Source of the DNA: Trichoplax adhaerens
Lineage: Eukaryota > Animalia > Placozoa
Length of the DNA: 13,684 nucleotides
Direction: 5' to 3'
NCBI RefSeq assembly: GCF_000150275.1
Contig: NW_002061064.1
Location: forward strand, 1 to 13,684
Within the stretch, counting starts at the first letter, position 1; the number at the start of each line of letters is the position of its first letter. The position numbers and the translations under genes are program-made. Positions 1-9,767 of the stretch are shown piece by piece. The notes beneath the pieces are model-generated. The model saw only the letters and a program-made list of their open reading frames with translations. It had not been told where the DNA came from and did not search any database.

Positions 1-405
1 AAATCTAGTATATACGATCATATAGTATGTACATTGTACACTAAATGTACAGTCGATGTATGATCTAATACCATAGTCTGAGAAAAAGCATATCTGCGTT
101 GCAGGTACAACCATTGTTACCTGGATCAAGTATTTGGATCCTATCGCATTGTAGTAAAATGACCTGAGCAACTAACAAGTATGATTTAGTGAGCCCATTC
201 ATTATTGCGTCGGCTAATCTTCTAACTGAAACTTATCACAGCTAGTGCAGTACGTACTGTAGTATACTGTAATGACGGAGCATTAGCTCCTTGCAATTGA
301 AGTAAAATTCAATTTTGCTTATCATTTCTATCTAGCCGTGCTAGTTATTGGAGGTATCAAACATAAACATTACTACTGCTTGCCTATATTCCAGTCAGTT
401 GACTT

Positions 406-693
406 TCATTCAATCATGACTAGAAATGCAACATAGCGAGATTGCAGAGATAGTACATCAACGATCTCATCCTTTACGTTCGTACCTTCTTTCAATAACA
501 AATTTTCGCACAGTTTGAGCTTTTGCTCTCTTGGCTTTGAGTTTCTTGGTAGTACTAACACCATTAGCTGCTTTATGAAGGGCTGAATTTTTGCCTTTTT
601 CCCCTCGTAGTGCCATCTTGGTAGTCTAGCCTTAACCAATTTATACGCACGAGCAGCTCTTGTGCTCTCATTTGCTTTGCTAATAGGAATCAA
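406..693 (-). pseudogene. Possible retroelement-derived coding relic
   Basis: 95-codon ORF. LVKARLPRWHYEG ... REQKLKLCENLLLKEG.NVKDEIVDVLS loosely recalls the pre-RT region of CRE-like non-LTR elements, by eye only. Confidence 0.18.
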
Positions 694-702
694 TATCGTC
701 TT

Positions 703-869
703 TACTGTACTGTACCGTACAGTACAGTACCTTACAGTACGTAAAAGGATTCATGTAATGGATTTGCAGCAATACTGTGCGTCAGGCTGTCCGTACGTAC
801 AGTACCGTACATGGACAATTGGACATGGTACACTAAGTACTGTACTGTACACTGTACAGTACAGTGTAC
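703..869. repeat. GTAC/(TACTG)-rich simple-repeat cluster with perfect palindromes
   Basis: tactgtactgtac-c-gtacagtacagta at 703-729 (13-bp arms) and gtacactgtac-a-gtacagtgtac at 847-869 (11-bp arms). Confidence 0.85.
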
Positions 870-1073
870 TAAGTGCGTATCTGATTGACAGCAACAGCAA
901 AACAGGATAATCGGGAACGAATTATGGATTCATTATGCCTTCTCTTCCAAGACATTCAAATTCTCGCACTTCCTATTGACTTGATGCGATAAGTATCTGT
1001 CAAAAATAAAACAACAGCTACAGTTTCTTGTCATCTTCACTTTGTTATCTAAGTAAGGTTCGTTTCAGCACTA

Positions 1074-1147
1074 CTAGTACAAACTCCCGTCGCTTTGCTG
1101 AAGGTTTACGATAATGTACCCATTTGTTAATATTTAACAGATAGTAT
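1074..1147 (-). mobile_element. Dispersed repeat copy 1, with a Helitron-like 3' terminus on the minus strand
   Basis: 1077-1147 matches 1464-1534 (71 nt, 2 mismatches). The minus strand reads ccttcagcaaagcgacgg-gagtttgta-CTAG|T, i.e. a GC hairpin about 9 nt before CTAG followed by T. Confidence 0.5.
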
Positions 1148-1463
1148 AGCAACATTATTTTCGTATTAGATATTTTAGTAAAGGTATAAATGAAATTTAT
1201 CGGTAGATATTGGTATAGTACACTGTAGAGTCATGGACTACTCAATTAATGAAAAATTTATTGCTAGATATGGGTATAAACTACTGTATTCGCACATTAC
1301 AAAATCATCGATTGTTGCTATCGAGTCAATATCACCTAATCTTCCTATTCGATGTAATTGGCGATGATGATAGTTTCTCCTAAGATTACCTGCTGACTGA
1401 TTCTGATCTCTGGAAGTACTATCTACTTCAGAATTCCTGATATTACTTACAAATTGATTTAAT

Positions 1464-1572
1464 GTACAAACTCCCGTCGCTTTGCTGACGGTTTACGATA
1501 ATGTACCCATTTGTTAATAATTAACAGATAGTATTACCATTCGACATTATACATATCCCGGTAATAGCCGGG
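1464..1572 (-). repeat. Dispersed repeat copy 2 (intact hairpin, no CTAG end)
   Basis: Direct repeat of 1077-1147 at offset 387. It has hairpin ccgtcgc-ttt-gc(t)gacgg at 1474-1491 and a second hairpin cccgg-taatag-ccggg at 1557-1572. Confidence 0.85.
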
Positions 1573-1991
1573 CACTACTATATTCACAACAGATTGATTT
1601 TATGTACGCACTGATCGTGCATTTCTACGTTGTTCACTTCGCTTTCGCCTATCAGATCGCTGACTAACTGACATTATCCTCTTAGAAACACTTTTTGTTA
1701 TATGACATATAGCAATCAAAAATAACCGGGACAGGGGAACTACAGTAGGGTAACACTACCAATTGCATGAGAGCAATAGAACTAATAGTACTTACTGATG
1801 TGTATCAATCGCTTATACCTTCTCAATAATATTTATATAAACCCTAGAGATCATTCATTTCTATACCAATTCGAATTTCCTTGAGTAACTGTCGTATTAG
1901 TATGTTTACCGAATAAGGATGGTTACTATATACAGCATTAATGCTATGTTAAGGTTGGCTAGCGAAACTGTCAAATATACGTTTATGCTCA

Positions 1992-2054
1992 ATTTGTTAA
2001 TTAAATTAACAGATAATATTATCATTCGATATTATATATATATCCCGGTAATAG
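1992..2054 (+). repeat. Partial, more diverged third copy of the same repeat
   Basis: atttgttaattaaattaacagataatattatcattcgatattatatatatatcccggtaatag aligns to 1509-1567 atttgttaataattaacagatagtattaccattcgacattatacatatcccggtaatag. Confidence 0.8.
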
Positions 2055-2399
2055 TAATATACTCTGCTATATTAAGATTAGTTAATGGTCCAAGCACATT
2101 ATGATAACTAATGTACTGTGATGGACATACCAAGTTCAGATTAGCAGGTACTGTAAGATATCGACAGTGCGGTACAATGTCCTTAGTGCTGTGGTCAATT
2201 CTATGCCAATCGTGATAATGTGTCTAAGGATCGCTTGCGTACGCAAGCAAAGATTGCTCTGTCGATAACAACCGTTATAAGAAAATGTAACAATCAAAAT
2301 GGCTGTGTAGAAAACTCTATAAAGATTCTATGTTTATTCAATTTTCATCTGAGTATTACATCAAATCAAAATTTAAAGGCCCAGAGGCCACCCTTAGCT

Positions 2400-2420
2400 C
2401 TAACCCTAACCCTAACCCTA
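2400..2420 (-). repeat. Short interstitial telomere-like tract, (TTAGGG)x3.5 on the minus strand
   Basis: ctaaccctaaccctaacccta, preceded by degenerate cccttagct. Confidence 0.75.
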
Positions 2421-2799
2421 TCAACGACTATTTCTAGACTAGTACTGTACTATGGCCGCAGTGAGCCGGGTCATATTTCCCGTTATACTGTACAGTCTCA
2501 CGCGGAATTCATCTACACGCGTACAATTTTACGCAATCTGACTTTTAGAAAGACGGTACTGGCCCTCTATTACACTTAGTTCAATATTGCAGTAGATAGG
2601 AATTTAGGATATTTTAGGTGATGATAATCCTATCTAAGAATAACCAGCAGTACAATACTTCAGCGATTGGATAGCTATTCTTTTGGACATTCATTATCTT
2701 ATGTTCGAGTAGTGCGCGTGCGATTCCCAGTCCATCATGGTTTCATTCGCATATTGTACTGTATTGTATCCCATATTACCCATATATCTAAAATATCAA

Positions 2800-3287
2800 G
2801 AAAGGTTGTAGACGTTTCTCCTTTAATATATGGCGGATTGAACGCTAGCCCAACAATGTTGAGACCCAATTAATGGATGAAACTTTTGAAATTGTAACTT
2901 CCTTTACGATGTGAAAGAAAGTAAGGGCAGCGAACACATTTAGAACACATAGCAGATCTGAATAAAGGTGCACAGGGAATTATTAATGGCATGGTTAGAA
3001 ACAAATAAGCATAGATATTTAAATGGCTAGTTCGGTATTCATCTGGGTTCACGATGGGTCAGAGTTGATTAATTGGGACCTCTAATGACGATAATATAGT
3101 CAATATCGTCTTAATTCTTGAAGAAGTTGATAATACATAGATGACAAATAAAGCAAGATAATATCGAAATTATGTCATAAACCAGAATGCATACATTGAA
3201 TTAAGACAAGATAGAGAAGACCTTCTATCTAAGACATTGAGTCGTATCAAAACATTAGTTGCAAGAAAGAAGTATTTAAATGTGTGA
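2800..3287 (+). pseudogene. Possible decayed TIR-like domain
   Basis: Reading through stops from 2925 gives GQRTHLEHIADLNKGAQGIINGMVRNK*A*IFKWLVRYSSGFTMGQS*LIGTSNDDNIVNIVLILEEVDNT*MTNKAR*YRNYVINQNAYIELRQDREDLLSKTLSRIKTLV. By eye, the motif order and spacing resemble TIR alphaB/betaC/alphaC/betaD/betaE. There are five internal stops. Confidence 0.25.
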
Positions 3288-3846
3288 TCTGTACGATACC
3301 TGAATGGATCAAAATTTTATGATATAATTATAGATAGTAATACGGATAGAAATTGAAAGTAAAGCATAAAATATTGAAAGTATAATAAAGTATTTTGACC
3401 GAAACATGGTGATGCAAAGGATCTCACGCTTATTCTCACGTCAATAATCTCAGAGTCTAAATTTCCAGTTAGTGGATACGTGGTAGCAGTTTGATTGCCG
3501 CTTAAAGCTACTTGCACTCTATGATAAAGTCCACAATTTATTTATCCTTTTCGATTGCACCTCACTTTGTTTTTTAATAGTTATGTTGTTTATTATTTTT
3601 TATAAGTACTAGCAAATTACCCATTCAAATCAAGGGAGTACGCTCGTATTCTGTATAAGACAAGACATTAAAGTACGCTGGCTCCAAATGCGTTAACGAA
3701 ATTTGAACTTATCCTTGCAAAAGAGTAACGTAATAACTTGTAACCTGCAATATCTTGTAGGATTCAGTCTTCACTATGAACTGAGCCCAGCCGAATTACA
3801 GTATTCAAGTCAATTAATCCTTGAATCTCTTTAATGGTGATGCTAG

Positions 3847-4071
3847 CGACTACTAAAAGAAAGAAGCGAGACCCCTCTTTTCTTTCTTTTAGTACAATGT
3901 CTCCAAATACAATCGTCAATGAAATTTGAGTTTATTCACGTAAAAATAGTAACGCCAATCGACCACAATATGGTAGTTGACTTCGATAAGAACGCTATAT
4001 CTGCTAAAATAGTACAATGAACGCCATCGACTACTAAAAGAAAGGAGAGGGGTCAATCTCCTCTCTCCTTT
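3847..4071. repeat. Inverted/direct repeat cluster, MITE-like
   Basis: Perfect 15-bp stem between 3851-3865 and 3880-3894. cgactactaaaagaaag occurs at both 3847 and 4028. 3870-3894 (gacccctcttttctttcttttagta) is a near reverse complement of 4032-4054 (tactaaaagaaaggagaggggtc). A 9-bp stem joins 4041-4049 and 4063-4071. Confidence 0.65.
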
Positions 4072-4246
4072 AACTGTCGCTTTATCCATTTGCTTTCGTA
4101 GGAGCGCCGCATAGTAGTCTAGTAGACTTGCAAACTGTTGCAGTTATCATGTAATGACCCTTTGTATTATCGCAACTTTGAATCTATTTAGTTGAATAAT
4201 CTAAATTAGATATTTAAGCGCTGTCTAGATTATTATTATATACTGA

Positions 4247-4561
4247 AATTATTTGGTTGTTGGACACAAAATGAAATAAGTAGAAGAATTGATTGAAAAT
4301 ATGAAATATGGAGAGTTGGATAGCATTGAGGAAGAAAACCTGATGGAACTAGAACAGTTCTTGGATAAATCTCCAGAAGAAGGCAAAATGAAAATAGTAG
4401 ATTTATTTGATAAGGAATATATAAAGGGAATGCACCTTATACCAAAAGAAGTGACAAAGAAGTCATTTGTTATAGATTCGGATAGAAAAAATTTGTGCAC
4501 ACTTCGACTAAAATACATCCCGAGTTGCGACATGTGTGGTTTTTGTTCACTACTACAGTAA
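4247..4561 (+). pseudogene. Coding-like fragment of unknown identity (isolated exon or decayed gene)
   Basis: Purine- and GAA-rich frame of ~100 codons (LVVGHKMK*VEELIENMKYGELDSIEEENLMELEQFLDKSPEEGKMKIVDLFDKEYIKG...) with a single TAA at 4277. No recognisable domain. Confidence 0.25.
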
Positions 4562-6020
4562 TCGATAGATAACGGTCCTAACTGAAGCTGAAAATTAAGT
4601 TAGATTTAACGAATAAAATATCGAAAGGTAACTGACTGAATTGACCAAATTAGGCTGTTTAATTAACTGAACCCAAGTAAACAGGAGGTAGGTCAGGTTT
4701 TCGCACTGCGTAAGATTGTGATTGATATATACCAATCACGAGATTCTAAATTTTAGAAAAATAAGGGCTTTATTGAATCTTATACAAAGATTAACTACTC
4801 ACAGCTCTACTCTAGCCGAATACTACTACTAAAGACTTCTACAACGAACTAACAGAATAATCTAAAGTTGCATGCTTTTATACTTTTCGTAGCATTCGCA
4901 GCTACATTCCACATGGCAATCTTTTACCTTATTTTACACATAGTTAAATTATTCTTAGTAAGACTATTCTACTGCGGACCATCATTAATCCAATATGGAT
5001 ACGACTACAGTACTTAAGTAGACATTATTCACACCAGCCAAAGTACAATGAATTAACCATATCCTAATATATGATTTACAGTTCTATTTTTACCTATAGC
5101 CTTATTAGTAACTCAACAGCTTACTGTATATAGTCATCTGTACTCTAGCATTGAGTCTCTACCACTACATTCTATAGTTATAGCTACCAAATATCTCCTA
5201 GGATAAATATCTACCGTACATTATACTTAACATGGCTAACAGTCTACAATCACAATACTAGTTACATTACAAAGATGTTAGTTAACGTTGTAGCTTTTCT
5301 TTTTCATCAGCCATCTTTTCGTTGATTCCAATACAAATTTTATGGCACACTGGCCGGACTTGGTAATCTATTCATAATGGGGTAAGATCGCGCATAAAAT
5401 AGTACAAGTCATATTAATAGTAGATATCAATAACGAGCTTAAGGTTAAGATAGACGTAGATTCTGTATCAGTGTTAAATCGCCTAACCTTAAAGAATAGG
5501 TAATAACGAGCCTTAAGTTTCAGAGCAAACGTTATTGTTGATTCAACTCGCTCTGTCTTTCCGCCTAATAAAACAGTCGAAAACATCTAAAAAGATAAAC
5601 AGGATAATTTACTCTTTCACTCTCTACAACAAAAATTTCATAAAATTGCATACAGTACCGCAAGTTATACCAGAATAGTTATCATACTATTAATATTACA
5701 GTGCGGTAGAATATATCACCGTTTCATCATCAGCTACGGCCTACTAACATAGAGCAAAGTTATTTTCGTATCCAATATATTGATAAAGTATAAATGAACT
5801 TTAGTACTATCTATACAAGCATTTTTATGCATACTATAAACTTAAAGATTAGTAAATGTGTCCGTAACGTTAATTTATGATAATAAATATTCTGCAAAAA
5901 CTAAAAAACTGCTTTGACCTTTAAAAACAAAATTTTACTTTTACTAAAACAGAAGTTGTCTTTACTTCAACATTTCATTATGGATATTACGTAAAACGTA
6001 ATTCTATATTATATTTAAAT

Positions 6021-6498
6021 ATTTCTCCTTCATACTGAAGCCAAATCATTTGAAATCAATATACATTTTGCACAATCAATTCGGATTGATTAAACAGAAT
6101 TGGTATAGATAGAATCAGATTAAGTTAAAGTAATTTAAGTACCGTATGAATAGCAAGCTGTACTAGCTTGAACCCACGCCGATTTCTCTTTCATATTCAA
6201 AATCGAATCATTGCAAATCAGTTAGCGTTTATAACTATCAAATCGCCTTGGACCATATATACTATATAATTGGTATAAATAGAATCAGTTGAAAATTATG
6301 GTAAATGGAGATAGGACGGACCAGCTAGCTGCAGTTTCATAAATCCTTCTCTTTCATATTTGAATTAAATTATTGGAAATCGCCTAACATTTTAACAATC
6401 CAACCACGTATGATTATACTTAAATAGGTATGGTATAGACAGAATCGATTTAAATTAAAGGCACATTTAGGTAGGCGAGAGTAGCAATCTGTGGTTAG
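6021..6498 (+). repeat. Three diverged tandem copies of a ~162-bp non-coding unit
   Basis: Collinear anchors: ttctcYttcataYt at 6023/6184/6347, then aatYatt..aaatc, then tggtataRaYagaatc at 6101/6271/6431, then agcWaKctg near each unit end. Confidence 0.8.
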
Positions 6499-7677
6499 TA
6501 TAAAATTTATAAATCAGTTTAAATTGAGACAAATCAAAGTACGAATAGAATAGATTAGAAAGAAGTCCTTGCAGGCAAGCATAGACTGTATTTTTAAGCA
6601 AGAGCATAGTAAAAGGCTTTTTGTGATGTTCTATAATTTCGTAGGCAGCCGAGAGTGTAGTATCAGCTATACTGTATTGTATATTACGTTAATAAGAAAT
6701 GCCAATCAACTACCGCTCATCTAGGCTTTTATATTTTGACTCTCTAGCTTAATGTATAGCTAACCCATCGTTAAAGTAGCATTACTACGTGTAATAATAG
6801 TGTCTCATAATAACTATCTTAGTCAAATGGTATTTTTCTAAAAGGTATTTATAACAAGGTATTAGGAATAGTAGAGCAATAACTAATTAAGAAAAGAATG
6901 TAGTCTAAAATCTAAAGTATTCCGGGCGCAAATCGAAGTGAAGTTTCTTCTTCTTGTGAGCTCATCTCTGCAATTCTTATAAGAGCATACATTTCGTTAA
7001 ATTCATTTATGACAACTTGATTAATCTACAATCTGACATGAGTCATCAAACAAAATACTTTTCTCTAATAGTACATCATTATCTTCTACAATCTAAATCA
7101 TTCTATTTAAGAGGTTACTTCTCTTCTATTAATGTCTTGCCCCTTTCTCCAAAGGGCATCTTAAAAACTACAGTGTTTCTAGCCACATAAATCTTGTACC
7201 ATAATTAGTCAACTGGCTAGTATTAGTCATCAACAATTTCTAATATAGTAGTTAGCAATCATCTAATATTAGCTTCATGATAATATCTATTCAGAATAAC
7301 CTAACTATATCAAATATAGCTATTAACTCAATCAAATATAGCTATCCTTATGACCAAATATGGGTGCATCTCGACACCGCGCTATACTTCAAGCCATAAA
7401 CCTTACAGTTTAATGATAGTAAATTACTGTAGTTCATTTGAAAACTCTCTTTATCCTACATGATATCGAGTTTGTCGACATTGATCATCTTGTAAATTTG
7501 GCATTCTAATATCAGCTAATAAAGGGTAAATCGATCGCTTTCGGTACTAATCAGCTGATAACTTGTGCGTATGAAAATTCAAATTGCTCTGTAATACCTA
7601 CGTGCTAGCAGTAGTAATAAATATGCTAAGATTATCCTACGTTATGTGTTGATTGATTATGTTATTAATTAGATTCG

Positions 7678-8038
7678 NNNNNNNNNNNNNNNNNNNNNNN
7701 NNNNNNNNNNNNNNNNNNNNNNNNNNNNNNNNNNNNNNNNNNNNNNNNNNNNNNNNNNNNNNNNNNNNNNNNNNNNNNNNNNNNNNNNNNNNNNNNNNNN
7801 NNNNNNNNNNNNNNNNNNNNNNNNNNNNNNNNNNNNNNNNNNNNNNNNNNNNNNNNNNNNNNNNNNNNNNNNNNNNNNNNNNNNNNNNNNNNNNNNNNNN
7901 NNNNNNNNNNNNNNNNNNNNNNNNNNNNNNNNNNNNNNNNNNNNNNNNNNNNNNNNNNNNNNNNNNNNNNNNNNNNNNNNNNNNNNNNNNNNNNNNNNNN
8001 NNNNNNNNNNNNNNNNNNNNNNNNNNNNNNNNNNNNNN
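7678..8038. other. Assembly gap (361 N)
   Basis: Run of N characters. Confidence 1.
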
Positions 8039-9721
8039 GTATAGTATCTTTAAGGTTTACCTTGCCAAATCATGATGTCGCTATCTTTTCTTCTTCACTA
8101 TTTTACATGATTTTGTATAGATTACTATAGGAATGACTTAAGAGCAATTGCCTATTCTAAAGTAAGGGCGTTTGATAGTCTATTGAGATTGTAAATGAGT
8201 TTGAATACATCAACTGTTAGTACTAACGTCAGAAAACTAGTCATAGTTGTCATATAAAATGTTTCGATAAGCAAATATGTGATTTTATTAAAGTTCGGAT
8301 ATTTTGGATTTAGTTTCCGTCGACCGAGAGGGCTCTGCGAGGCCGTGACTATAAATGATAGTGCAATAAGAAAATTTAAAGTAGAGAGTAAAAGAAGATG
8401 TTTTTGAAGAACTTGTTGAATTTTAAAGACCTTCGGGGTCGAACTGTTGTAAGTGAAAACGTTCTTCTTTTGTTAGGTTGTTCAGTTGTCGACAGCTTTG
8501 ATTCTGTCGTTTTTTCATTATTTCTTCACTAACAATACTAGGATTAAGTATCTGAAAGGTTGTTTGATCTATCTCTCTCGCATTTATTAATAATTTGTTG
8601 TTCGGTTGTTTCTCCAATTTTTATTTGGTATCATAGTTTCGTTAAGTCGACCAGAGGCCAAGAAAGTAGAATCAAAGTTTGTTAAAAGTTTTGTAGCTTG
8701 ATTTCTACGTTTTATATTTCACAACAAATCCATTTGCATGCAATATTCCTATCTTATCTCTATATTATCGCGATATTAGTCTTTCCATATTATTGTGACA
8801 CAGACCAGTTCTATAACAAAATAACGAGAAGGCTGAATGAACAAATCTTATCCCTGAGCCACGTATCAGGGCACTAAATCTCTTTAAGTAACTCTTAAGA
8901 ACACTTATCCCTAATTTTACGAATTGATAATAATTCGTCCCTCTCCTTCATCCTCGATTTCACGTTATATAGAAGACAGCTATCTCGGATGGTAAAGTAG
9001 AACAACTTCATTAATGAATAATGATGAATGATTATATTGTAGTTATAGCATGTATTATGCCCAAAACTGAAAAATGAGCAATATGCCGCCAAATCGACTA
9101 TCGACGCAAAAATAAATCAACATATGCAGGATTATAATAAAATGATGTTGATTATACTTAGTAGAATTATAAGGCAATGATCGCAAATAATTGAAGATAC
9201 CCAATATTCTTTGCGTAGAATTTCTGTAATTGATGAACTGCATAACAAAAGTGTTTAACATTAGTTTATCAAGCCATTAAGCCAATTTGCGAAGTTATTA
9301 ATATGATAGCAAACCTCTTTTATGCTTAACACTGTATTTTACTTATTCATTACTATTGTTGTGTTAATGAGTAAGCTTCTATTTATAATAATAGCGATGA
9401 CGCAGATTATTGATATTGAAAATAAATAAAGAGAAGTAAGGTATGGAAAGAATGTCTTCGCGTTTTCAATCTATTACGGCTTCGTTAATATCAAAAAAAT
9501 GATTAACCAATAATTAGAATTGATGACCGTCGACTTCTTAGGGCGTATCCAATTTCGCCGATTTGAGCATGCTGTGAACTAGCATAGACTTTGAAATCTT
9601 GACATTAAATAGAAGGCATCAGTTTGGCTCAATCATATACTGTGAAGCGATTGCGATAATCAATCGTATTTCTATTAAAGTTGCGACCTCTATCGATTAG
9701 AGTACTGGTGTTTATTTCCCC

Positions 9722-9767
9722 CAAATTACTGTGTATGCTTTCAGTCTTGTTATTAACTGAAACATGG
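9722..9767 (+). promoter_or_regulatory. Possible 3' splice acceptor in the 5' UTR, plus Kozak start of the TPR gene
   Basis: tgctttcAG (AG at 9743-9744) lies 19 nt before aacATGG. The matching donor site cannot be identified. Confidence 0.4.

Noticed and set aside
662-910. 82-aa ORF rich in TVLY/TVQY
   Set aside because: Translation of the GTAC simple repeats.
2377-2420. Plant-type site II (GGCCCA) plus telo-box promoter module
   Set aside because: The repeat is the hexamer TAACCC, not the plant AAACCCT heptamer, and no adjacent gene is supported.
2220-2579. 119-aa ORF with LTLTLTL
   Set aside because: The LTLTLT run is the (TAACCC)n tract, and no domain or coding-like composition is evident.
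3851-3894. Rho-independent terminator
   Set aside because: The context is eukaryotic, and the stem is part of a larger inverted-repeat cluster.
7309-7345. 15-bp direct repeat atcaaatatagctat (x2)
   Set aside because: An ordinary local micro-duplication in AT-rich DNA.
7653-8075. 140-aa ORF
   Set aside because: Artefact of the N gap.
8423-8617. 64-aa minus-strand ORF
   Set aside because: Short, starts at a non-ATG codon, and has no recognisable motif; it cannot be supported as a gene.
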